The notes beneath the pieces are model-generated. The model made no database searches and was not told the DNA's origin. It saw nothing but the letters and a program-made list of their open reading frames with translations. Of a stretch of 20,000 bases of DNA, positions 8,667-16,637 are shown piece after piece. Position 1 is the stretch's first letter; every line of letters starts with the position of its first letter. The DNA is from an uncultured virus (IMG/VR IMGVR_UViG_3300028888_003544) (taxonomy: Duplodnaviria > Heunggongvirae > Uroviricota > Caudoviricetes), in IMG/VR virus record IMGVR_UViG_3300028888_003544. One strand, 5' to 3'. A program made the position numbers and the translations under genes.

Positions 8667-9916
8667 ACATCATAATCCATCGCGGAGCCAATCAAATAGG
8701 CGGATGCATCACAGAGATTACCACAGATGGTGCAAAAATCTTCATTGATTTTGGTAGCAATCTTCCTGGTAGCAAGAAAAAAGAACTAAACCCAGAGCAG
8801 ATTGCAGACATGACCTCTGGAGCGGATGCCATATTCTATACACACTACCATGGGGATCATGTAGGACTTCATCATCTGATTCCAGAGAGTGTAAGGCAAT
8901 ATATGGGGGCTGGAGCCATCAATGTAATGCGATGCAAGTACAAAGCTCTCAATGCGCATCATGATATGAGTGCAGAATTATCAGCTACAGAACGTATGAT
9001 CCCATTCAAAGAGACTGATTGCATAAGCATTAATGACGAGTTATATGTTACGCCTTACTTTGTTAGTCACTCTGCGTTTGACGCTTATATGTTTGTTATT
9101 GAAGAAAAAGCGACAAAAACAAAGATTTTGCATACTGGTGATTTCCGCAGGCATGGCTATCTTGGCAAAGGGCTTTTTCCTACCCTTAGAAAGTTCGTGG
9201 GGAATGTAGATATTCTCATCACAGAAGGAACTATGTTGGGCAGAAAGCAGGAGAAAGTTGTAAGAGAATCACAAATTTTGCAAAGAACTATAGAGGTACT
9301 CAATAATCACAAATATGTCTTTGCCCTCTGTTCTTCAACAGACATCGATCGTTTGGCTTCATTTCATGCTGCCTGTAAAGAAACGAAACAAGTATTCATT
9401 GTGGATGAATATCAGGATAGCGTCTTGAAGGTATTTACTGACTATGCAGGGAAGAAAACAAGCCTATTCAATTTTGATTCAACTTTTAAGCTCATTAACT
9501 TCGCGACTGAGAAAGTAAAAAAGAAGCTGATGAAAGAAGGATTTCTTATGCCTGTCCGTCAAAGTAGCAAGAAACTGATTGAGGGTATGATGAAGGTCTA
9601 TGATGATGAACAACCTTGGTTAATCTATTCGATGTGGAGTGGTTATGCGGAGGAGGGCAAAGATTATACCAATCAGGAGATTCTAAAAATTCGCAAGTTA
9701 TTTGACGGCCACATTATTGACGGAGTGAGGGACGGAGTCCATACCAGTGGGCATGCAGACATTAGGACTTTGCATGAACTTTGTCAAACCGTAAATCCTT
9801 CAATGGGTGTAATACCAATCCACAAAGATGCTGATGCGAGATATGTTACCAAGGGCTACCGCGTGTTCGAAGAAGGAGATACAAAAGTTGGAGACATTTC
9901 AATCCATATCGAATGA
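8663..9916 (+). CDS. MBL-fold / beta-CASP (RNase J-like) metallo-hydrolase
   Basis: HRGANQIGG, IDFG, THYHGDH (HxHxDH), VSHS, HTGDFR, LITEGT, HTSGHAD and IPIH. ATGA overlap with the upstream gene. Confidence 0.9.
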   Translation: MNIIIHRGANQIGGCITEITTDGAKIFIDFGSNLPGSKKKELNPEQIADMTSGADAIFYTHYHGDHVGLHHLIPESVRQYMGAGAINVMRCKYKALNAHHDMSAELSATERMIPFKETDCISINDELYVTPYFVSHSAFDAYMFVIEEKATKTKILHTGDFRRHGYLGKGLFPTLRKFVGNVDILITEGTMLGRKQEKVVRESQILQRTIEVLNNHKYVFALCSSTDIDRLASFHAACKETKQVFIVDEYQDSVLKVFTDYAGKKTSLFNFDSTFKLINFATEKVKKKLMKEGFLMPVRQSSKKLIEGMMKVYDDEQPWLIYSMWSGYAEEGKDYTNQEILKIRKLFDGHIIDGVRDGVHTSGHADIRTLHELCQTVNPSMGVIPIHKDADARYVTKGYRVFEEGDTKVGDISIHIE

Positions 9917-10485
9917 AAATACTTCACCTTTCCGATACTCACGGGTTGCATTACCAGATAAAAGAACTTCCTGCAGCTGATGTCATCGTCCATAGCGGTG
10001 ATATCAGCCATAATGGAACAGAGGAAGAAGTGTTGGATTTTATGAATTGGTTTATAGGGCTTCCCTATCTACACAAAATATTTGTAACCGGTAATCATGA
10101 TTTGTGCCTATGGGAAGCAGAAGGCATAGAAGAGCTGCCTGACAATGTTCATTTTCTACAAGACAAGAGCATTGTAATTAAGGGGATAAAATTCTTTGGA
10201 CTCGGCTATGACCATCAAGAAATGCTGATACCTGACGATGCAGATATCGTTGTGACACATGAGCCACCAATCATGATACTCGACAGATCTGCTGGTATTC
10301 ATTGGGGAAATACTCCTATTCGCAATCGAATCCAAACTATCAAACCTCGCTATCATCTTTTTGGACATGCTCATGAAAGTTATGGTACAATTAAGCAAGA
10401 CAACATAATGTACTCAAATGCCTCCTTATTGGATGATATGAATAGAATGGTCAGAGTCCCAAGATTATTGACTTCTATAATATAG
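9913..10485 (+). CDS. Calcineurin-like metallophosphoesterase
   Basis: HLSDTHG, HSGD, GNHD, THEPP and FGHAHE motifs. ATGA overlap with the upstream gene. Confidence 0.92.
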   Translation: MKILHLSDTHGLHYQIKELPAADVIVHSGDISHNGTEEEVLDFMNWFIGLPYLHKIFVTGNHDLCLWEAEGIEELPDNVHFLQDKSIVIKGIKFFGLGYDHQEMLIPDDADIVVTHEPPIMILDRSAGIHWGNTPIRNRIQTIKPRYHLFGHAHESYGTIKQDNIMYSNASLLDDMNRMVRVPRLLTSII

Positions 10486-10543
10486 CATTGTACTCAGCCC
10501 TTGATTCTTCATGACCTCAAACCGAACACTAACCTAGTGTCTC

Positions 10544-11113
10544 TTAGTCTTCATTGGCTTCAAAAATCTCGGGTAGGAAACGGATTTCATCCTCTGGGTC
10601 ATCGAGATAATCGTCATAGTGATCTTGGAAGTACGATGCTTCGTCAAACTCACGACTAATTCCACGTTCACGTACCGCTTTCATTTGTTTGAGGATGGCT
10701 TTTCGATGAGATACAACGTAATCATACATCTGTTGCGTCGTTGTCAGTCGTTCATTACAATACCACTCGAAGTGGCCACTAATATCAGGCCATTCATTGT
10801 GCTTTCTGACTAACAGATTATCACCTGTTTTTCCAACGACCTCAAAGACTTCATCCTCCATTTCATAGCCAGGATCAATATCGATCCAATAGAAATACTT
10901 GCCCAATTCTACAGGCCACTGAGGGGGGGAAGGCTTGGGCTCCTTTGGTTCAACTCCTCTTGGCAGAGAACTCATTGTCTCCAGTGTCACCATGTCATCT
11001 TTCTTATAACTCTTTTTCTTCGGCTCAATCATCCAGGCGTAGCCAATTATGTAGAGTGCGAAGATGATGATAATGATGATTGCATCAGATTTCTTAATCT
11101 TAGATTTCTTCAT
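10544..11113 (-). CDS. Hypothetical membrane-anchored protein
   Basis: Basic N-terminus, then hydrophobic AIIIIIIFALYIIGYAWMI, a Pro-rich linker and an acidic tail. Overlaps the stop of the upstream gene by 14 nt. Confidence 0.7.
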   Translation of the reverse strand: MKKSKIKKSDAIIIIIIFALYIIGYAWMIEPKKKSYKKDDMVTLETMSSLPRGVEPKEPKPSPPQWPVELGKYFYWIDIDPGYEMEDEVFEVVGKTGDNLLVRKHNEWPDISGHFEWYCNERLTTTQQMYDYVVSHRKAILKQMKAVRERGISREFDEASYFQDHYDDYLDDPEDEIRFLPEIFEANED

Positions 11114-11831
11114 CGATAATTTCTTTCACGATCTTCCATGACTGTTTTTTTTCTTCAAATGACTTGGCTAATGAATTCGAAGTCGATGGCAGAGATATGA
11201 TTTTGTAGTTCTGCATCAGGTTGTTAATGGGATAATTCTGTTCAAAGACACTTGTCGTTTCTCCTGTACCATTCAGAATGATAGTAGAAATTGTCGGATG
11301 ACAATTCAAGAAACCTTCAATCTCATTCGGCATATAGCTCTTAATGTTGGAATCAAGACTTCCTTTTCTATCAGCCTCTTTCATGCAATCCCAAAGAGCA
11401 ATGTGATTTTGCGTTATAAATTCTTTATCAGATATACCCATAGGACGTTCAAACAGAGATTCCATTATCTTGTAAAATGAGTTGTGACTCTTATTTTGAT
11501 AGTAAGCTTGGCTAGCCAATGATTTTTCACCAGGGAACGTTCCAAGAATTAGGACTATGGGGTTCTCGCCAACCCACGCTTCCAAGCCATTTTTAAATGA
11601 CAGACTCCTCTCATCACCGGCATCTAAAACTTTTATCTGACCTGATTCTATCAGTCCATGAAACTTCTCTATGGTCATGTCTTTTACACCATAGTCACTT
11701 CCATAAAAGCCCAAGTTCCGCATCTTACTGCGTATGTTCTTTTGCTGAGACTTGTCCGCATTACATCTTTGTAGAATTAAAGACTCTATCAATTCAACCT
11801 CTCTCTTGTTGAATGAACTTTTTCCTTTCAT
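11100..11831 (-). CDS. UDG family-6-like (hypoxanthine/MUG-type) DNA glycosylase with an extra ~75-aa N-terminal domain
   Basis: LILGTFPGEKSLASQAYY, IALWD, GSLDSNI, IILNG and LPSTS are family-6 signatures. Confidence 0.85.
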   Translation of the reverse strand: MKGKSSFNKREVELIESLILQRCNADKSQQKNIRSKMRNLGFYGSDYGVKDMTIEKFHGLIESGQIKVLDAGDERSLSFKNGLEAWVGENPIVLILGTFPGEKSLASQAYYQNKSHNSFYKIMESLFERPMGISDKEFITQNHIALWDCMKEADRKGSLDSNIKSYMPNEIEGFLNCHPTISTIILNGTGETTSVFEQNYPINNLMQNYKIISLPSTSNSLAKSFEEKKQSWKIVKEIIDEEI

Positions 11832-11863
11832 AATCTTTAATACGTTTCTAATGTATTCGTTTT

Positions 11864-12337
11864 TTATTTATTTCCATATGAACGAGCACCATTCCCTACT
11901 GGCAAAGCTCTATATTTTTGATAAAACTGATTTAAAAACATGGATTCCATTTCTTTTGACTCTTGTTTCCCTCGACATTTGAACACGTCAATATGACTAC
12001 CATTGTAATACATATATTGATATCTTGAAGGTAGCTGCCAATTTTTATCAATTCCCCAATCTGGATTATCAATAAGACGTTTTAATCCTTTGGTGAAATG
12101 CTCATCCTTCAGTCTTCTTAGTAAGTCATCAGACATACCTATATATATAATTGGACTTTTCTTCCCATTTGGGTATGTGTATTTTATGTCTGTCGAAGAT
12201 ATAACGTACACTCCAATCTCTCCTCTTTTAATTGGGCAATCAAAGTCCTTGTCTTCAAAATCTTGAAGATCAAAACTAGCATCTGTACCTCGAACGGGCC
12301 GGAAGTCTGGTAAGAATGACTTTATATATCGTTTCAT
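11864..12337 (-). CDS. GIY-YIG nuclease
   Basis: GVYVI...IIYIGMSDDLLRRLKDEH...EMESMFL...PVGN contains the GIY, YIG, Arg, Glu and Asn elements. Confidence 0.85.
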   Translation of the reverse strand: MKRYIKSFLPDFRPVRGTDASFDLQDFEDKDFDCPIKRGEIGVYVISSTDIKYTYPNGKKSPIIYIGMSDDLLRRLKDEHFTKGLKRLIDNPDWGIDKNWQLPSRYQYMYYNGSHIDVFKCRGKQESKEMESMFLNQFYQKYRALPVGNGARSYGNK

Positions 12338-12365
12338 TACTTTAATTATTATGGTTCAAAGGCAA

Positions 12366-13127
12366 TCACTTGCACAAAAATCTATTATCATTTTTATCTC
12401 TTTTGCTTTTCAAAGGACAAGCCGAATATTTACTGTTCCAATACTCTTCGTCACATTCAATGTAATATCTATATTCTGCTTTAAGATAGTTCTTAAACTC
12501 GTCTTGCTCTATTTCTAATTCTCTTCGTCTCTTTAGGTCTTCCAGCTTTGACTTAATTTTAGCTTCAATATTCTCATTTGCCTTTACCCTAAAAGGAATG
12601 AATCTGGGGCAATGATTAAGGTTTCTGTCAATACTTATGGGTACAGTGGGAATATAGCCAATCTCGTCATTTCTAACTATGCATGGAATATCATTCTTAA
12701 CATTGTAGTCAACAGCATTAATGTAATCAAATAGTTCTTCGACACATTTCATAGGACCACTAATTGGTAATGGTTCACTCACATCTGTACGAATCATGCT
12801 TCTTATAAGGATACCACCATAAAAATTTTTGTCACGCTGAGCTTTAGAACCAAATGTTATATCGACACCACTCATGTGAAAAAACCACATTCCGGGTCTG
12901 TCGGAGGTGCGTGGATATGTTATAATGTCTTTGTGACTATTAGAAAAGAAATAGAATTCTATTTCCAATAACTCATAATTGCGGTCTCCTTTCTGAATAT
13001 GGTAATTCGAAAAGAGCTCTACAGCAATCTCTTTAAATATTACTTTAATTTCTATTGAATCTGAACTTGCATCTAAGCATGTCAATAACTCTATCAAAGA
13101 TTTCTTTTGATTATTCTTGGTTTCCAT
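12366..13127 (-). CDS. Divergent AAG/MPG (3-methyladenine DNA glycosylase)-fold protein
   Basis: LLEIEFY (AAG: IVETEAY), HKD, GMWFFH, GGILIRS (AAG: aVLIRA) and GPMK (AAG: GPGK), in the correct order. Confidence 0.65.
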   Translation of the reverse strand: METKNNQKKSLIELLTCLDASSDSIEIKVIFKEIAVELFSNYHIQKGDRNYELLEIEFYFFSNSHKDIITYPRTSDRPGMWFFHMSGVDITFGSKAQRDKNFYGGILIRSMIRTDVSEPLPISGPMKCVEELFDYINAVDYNVKNDIPCIVRNDEIGYIPTVPISIDRNLNHCPRFIPFRVKANENIEAKIKSKLEDLKRRRELEIEQDEFKNYLKAEYRYYIECDEEYWNSKYSACPLKSKRDKNDNRFLCK

Positions 13128-13176
13128 TATTCTGTTAATCTGAAGTGAATATTATATAAGCGATTTAAATAGAGAC

Positions 13177-13590
13177 TCAAAAAAGGTCGAAGAAGAACAA
13201 TACAGCAGCGTATTTTGCATTGATGACACTAGCTGTACCGATCCTCATATTGTTATTGTCGCGTATAGTACCATCAGAGTTGATTGTTCCAAGACGCATA
13301 TTGTTATTATCACGAACTGTACCGTCAGAACTGACTGTGCCCAGGCGCATGTTGTTCCTATCCCTAATAGTACCGTCTTTCTCAATAGTACCCAAACGCA
13401 TGTTATTACTGTCTCTTATGGTGCCGTCATCGAAGATCTTTCCAAGTTTCATATTATTGGCATTGCGAATCGTCCCGTCAGACTCAACTTTGCCAAGCTG
13501 CATGTTGTTACTATCGCGAAAAGTTTGGGCATTTCCTGCACTCCCCACAAACATAAATATCAGTAATATAATAACCAATCTATACTTCAT
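13177..13590 (-). CDS. Secreted tandem-repeat protein (beta-flower-like, 6 x 17-aa repeats)
   Basis: Signal peptide MKYRLVIILLIFMFVGSAGNA, then repeats of GTIRDxNNMRLGTIxxD. Confidence 0.75.
   Translation of the reverse strand: MKYRLVIILLIFMFVGSAGNAQTFRDSNNMQLGKVESDGTIRNANNMKLGKIFDDGTIRDSNNMRLGTIEKDGTIRDRNNMRLGTVSSDGTVRDNNNMRLGTINSDGTIRDNNNMRIGTASVINAKYAAVLFFFDLF
13230..13525 (-). repeat. Degenerate intragenic 51-bp tandem repeat (~6 copies)
   Basis: Encodes the 17-aa repeat. Boundaries are approximate. Confidence 0.8.
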
Positions 13591-13594
13591 GCTG

Positions 13595-13602
13595 CAAATT
13601 TA
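13595..13602 (-). promoter_or_regulatory. -7 box TAAATTTG, 4 nt before the ATG (likely leaderless transcript)
   Basis: Minus strand reads TAAATTTG-CAGC-ATG. Confidence 0.55.
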
Positions 13603-13626
13603 CTAATATTTTGTGAAAAAGCGATA

Positions 13627-14583
13627 TTAAAATGGCAAAATCGTGTCCTTTGCCTCTGGTTCGAAGGGTAATTCTGATTTTTTGATATTCCAAGTAATTT
13701 CTTCTTCACTAATTGCTTTCTCTTTGAACCATTCATGTGGGGTTAGAGCATTGTCGATGCAAAAAGCCTTAGTCTTGTATTTGTCATCCAAAGCGAGATA
13801 TGCGTACTTCTTAGCAACTTTAGCTTTTGCTTCTTCTATATCATATTCAATCATGTCTGTGTTTAAAATCTTTTTGAACTCTGGACTGTTGAATACTGCT
13901 CTTTGTACTCCTTCGTTCCATATTTCAAATTGATGCACGACATCTGTCAAATCCATCTTTCTTAAATAATAGACAGCCAGATTAACATCTTGAAAAAGTA
14001 TAGGACCAATAACAAAATCTTTACCAGCATATGCATACCTCGATAGTTGGGGATAATCGCCGTCCTCAGTACAGACATCGTGGACTGTTTTATAAAGCAA
14101 ATCACGGGCTTCATCATCTGATAATGGTCTATCAGTATGATAGAGCACAGAAAGATAGTCTGTAATTGACAGCTTGCTCCTGTCAATAATATAGCTCTTA
14201 TCTTCTGCTAGTCTCAAACAAATAAAATAATAATCTCTATCATCGGTAAACTTATCGATATTTTGAGATAGGAATTTTGTAGGGAAGTAATGTATTACTA
14301 CCCAAGAGATTCTTCCTTCATGTGACTGTTCCCATAACTCTTTTATCCTGGGCTCAAATGATTTATCCCAGTTATCAAGAAGTTTAGTGTATGCCCATAG
14401 CCTATCTGCCTTTCCCGATTCAAGGAAAGCTTGCATTATCTTCTTCTGATCCTTCCAGTCTAGATGGTCAAAGCGTCTCTGAATTTCTTTACGTGACTCA
14501 GGAACTTTGCCACTTTTCTTGTTTATGTAGTTCTTAATCAACGTGGCTATTGGAGTATTTCGTTTTCTTTCTTTTGATTTCAT
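13627..14583 (-). CDS. Hypothetical alpha-helical protein
   Basis: 318-aa ORF. Its N-terminal ~50 aa are homologous to the C-terminal half of 14614..15045. Confidence 0.8.
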   Translation of the reverse strand: MKSKERKRNTPIATLIKNYINKKSGKVPESRKEIQRRFDHLDWKDQKKIMQAFLESGKADRLWAYTKLLDNWDKSFEPRIKELWEQSHEGRISWVVIHYFPTKFLSQNIDKFTDDRDYYFICLRLAEDKSYIIDRSKLSITDYLSVLYHTDRPLSDDEARDLLYKTVHDVCTEDGDYPQLSRYAYAGKDFVIGPILFQDVNLAVYYLRKMDLTDVVHQFEIWNEGVQRAVFNSPEFKKILNTDMIEYDIEEAKAKVAKKYAYLALDDKYKTKAFCIDNALTPHEWFKEKAISEEEITWNIKKSELPFEPEAKDTILPF

Positions 14584-14613
14584 ATAATTTGATTATTAAA
14601 CTATTATCAATCT

Positions 14614-15045
14614 TTAACCAACTCCAAATAGTTCTTTTCGCATTTGTGACTCTAACCAATTATTGTCTCTTAAAGAAGACTGGGCAAATGCTAAAGCTAT
14701 CTTCGTTCTATCCTCTTCAGTCTTTTCTATATATCTTCGTCTAAGTTCTTTACGAGCAAGCGAAACCATACCACCCTTCTTATCCAGCAACTCTTCTATC
14801 AATTTGTCAGTGTCCATTTCTTTTATCTTGTCGCTAAGTTTACCTATTTTATCAGAAAAGAGGAGTCTGAATACTTCTTCTTTTAGAGTCTTATTGTGAG
14901 AAATCCACCTGCTAGTATAAAGAGTTATAAGTTCTTGTCGAGTTAAATCCATCAGCATGTCAATACACTTTTTCAACTCAGAGTCATCCCAATTTGTGTA
15001 ATGAAACCTTTTGGCTTGCTTTAAGATATAGTTCAATTCTTCCAT
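14614..15045 (-). CDS. Hypothetical alpha-helical protein
   Basis: 143-aa ORF starting 5 nt after the deiminase stop. Confidence 0.75.
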   Translation of the reverse strand: MEELNYILKQAKRFHYTNWDDSELKKCIDMLMDLTRQELITLYTSRWISHNKTLKEEVFRLLFSDKIGKLSDKIKEMDTDKLIEELLDKKGGMVSLARKELRRRYIEKTEEDRTKIALAFAQSSLRDNNWLESQMRKELFGVG

Positions 15046-15050
15046 AATGC

Positions 15051-16340
15051 TTATTTATGAGTTTTCTTTATATTCCAAGTTATACAATGAAGTGCGCCAC
15101 CATTTTTAGCAATGTCTCTCATTCGGAAACCTCGCACAACACATCCCGGATTAGCCTCGCGGATATATTTTAAGGCTTGTTTGTCTTCAGGTATTCCAAA
15201 AGTTGGAACAATTATCTTATTCCCCACTTGTAGATAATTGACATAAGCCCAATTGAAATCACTATTTGGATCTGGTACGTCAAAAAGCATTTCTGTCACC
15301 TCGAATCCTACAACCTCCAAGCGGTATTTGATTTCCTCTGCCTCTTCTGGAAAAGAATCTCGATGATTACTCATTAAGACTCTATTATCACCAGCCCAAT
15401 GTATAAGACCGTCTGAATGTCCATAAACATCAGCATTAGGTTCCTGTGGATTATCACAATGCCAAGGAAGGAAAATGACTCTAGAATGTAGAACTTCGCT
15501 TATATAATCACAATAATCCGAATCATATTTTTTCTTTCCGTTCTCTTGGAACACTTTATCCGTGAGTACCATATGACCGGCACAGGTCACGATGTTTCCT
15601 CCATCAAGCGTTATATCATATTTTTCCTTATTACAATGATTAAGGATTCCTTCGGCTATGGCATGTGAATCCGTGAGATAATCTTCGCCAGAATCTTTCA
15701 GGTAGTCAGGATTGTAATTGTAAACGATGAAGCGATCATCGGATATCTGAATGGGCATATAATCACGAATCCAGATATCTTTAGTTCCCTCTATCTCACC
15801 CCATTCAATATTCATCTCATTAAATAGTTTGGTAAGCCGTGAATAGGTTTTTGGATAGAACTCTTTCAATTTATCGGAAATATACACGAAATTCGTCATG
15901 GTATCATTAAAGTTATCGACTGGAACACCAGATAAACTTGGCAATAGGTCATTAAGATTACGTTCATGTTTCTTAATCTCCTGACGGATTCGTTCAGTCT
16001 CTTCATAGCTATGAGGGATAACCACTTCGCTATCATCGAGAGTCGCTCCAGGAATTTGTTCAATCCAGTCAAACATAACGTTCACAATAGTTGCAATCTT
16101 ATCTAATGAAAAGATAATATGTTCCTTTTGCAACCAATTAGAGATAGATCTGACGGCAGAATTAAAATCTGGCCAGCCACCATAACCAACTTCAACATTC
16201 CAGTAATTGCCAAACGCATCATCGATGGCATCCCAAATATCATCTGGGAGTTCAAAATCAATGCCGTTTAAGACTACTTTGTGCATCACATCAGAAGAAA
16301 ATGCTTCTGGAGCTTTGGGGTCTAAAAGAAACTTTTCCAT
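15051..16340 (-). CDS. Agmatine/peptidylarginine deiminase-family protein with an extra ~145-aa N-terminal domain
   Basis: DIWIRDYMP, LDGGN, YGHSDG, YVNYL and GGALHCITW (catalytic Asp, His, Cys). Start moved to MEKFLL at 16340 because a -7 box TAATTTTG lies at 16368-16375. Confidence 0.85.
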   Translation of the reverse strand: MEKFLLDPKAPEAFSSDVMHKVVLNGIDFELPDDIWDAIDDAFGNYWNVEVGYGGWPDFNSAVRSISNWLQKEHIIFSLDKIATIVNVMFDWIEQIPGATLDDSEVVIPHSYEETERIRQEIKKHERNLNDLLPSLSGVPVDNFNDTMTNFVYISDKLKEFYPKTYSRLTKLFNEMNIEWGEIEGTKDIWIRDYMPIQISDDRFIVYNYNPDYLKDSGEDYLTDSHAIAEGILNHCNKEKYDITLDGGNIVTCAGHMVLTDKVFQENGKKKYDSDYCDYISEVLHSRVIFLPWHCDNPQEPNADVYGHSDGLIHWAGDNRVLMSNHRDSFPEEAEEIKYRLEVVGFEVTEMLFDVPDPNSDFNWAYVNYLQVGNKIIVPTFGIPEDKQALKYIREANPGCVVRGFRMRDIAKNGGALHCITWNIKKTHK

Positions 16341-16436
16341 ATGCGTATAGCTTTTGATTTGTGTGTGCAAAATTAGGCCAAATTCTGTCTCAGGCCAAAT
16401 TTTGAAGGCAGAAATTTGCGTCTTGCTAACATTGTT

Positions 16437-16503
16437 TAACTGCCTGGTTTTCAGTTATTTAATTATATAATTTATATAGAAATATACAGGGGTAAACCCC
16501 TGT
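16437..16503. repeat. Inverted repeats TAACTGCCTG-GTTTT-CAGTTATTTA (16437-16461, imperfect) and ACAGGGGT-AA-ACCCCTGT (16486-16503, perfect)
   Basis: Read directly from a very AT-rich intergenic stretch at the right edge of the island. Confidence 0.65.
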
Positions 16504-16583
16504 TAATAATATAATAATTATATAGCCGCAAAAGGGCTTTTTACACTTTTTAAGAATCCGTTTGAGGTGAAAAGACATAAATA

Positions 16584-16611
16584 GGAGCAACACCGCGATA
16601 GATGCTGCTCC
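16584..16611 (-). terminator. Intrinsic terminator after 16638..17771
   Basis: Minus strand GGAGCAGCATC-TATCGC-GGTGTTGCTCC forms a stem with G:U pairs and is followed by TATTTATGTCTTTT. Confidence 0.65.
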
Positions 16612-16637
16612 CAACCTATTTTCGTCTACTTTGACTT

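Noticed and set aside
8663..9916. Beta-lactamase or housekeeping rnj
   Set aside because: The beta-CASP motifs indicate a nucleic-acid hydrolase, and the protein lacks the RNase J C-terminal domain and sits in an accessory operon.
13122..13153. Resemblance of this leader (CTGTTA...AGTGAATATT) to 1848-1885
   Set aside because: The matches are short and AT-rich with different spacing, so they are compatible with chance.
13230..13525. Regular ~51-bp periodicity as a CRISPR array
   Set aside because: The repeats are degenerate at codon third positions, in frame within a signal-peptide ORF, and have no unique spacers or cas genes.
1095..16340. Integron-like cassette array
   Set aside because: Reading the intergenic gaps revealed no recurring attC-like site, and no integrase is present in the window.
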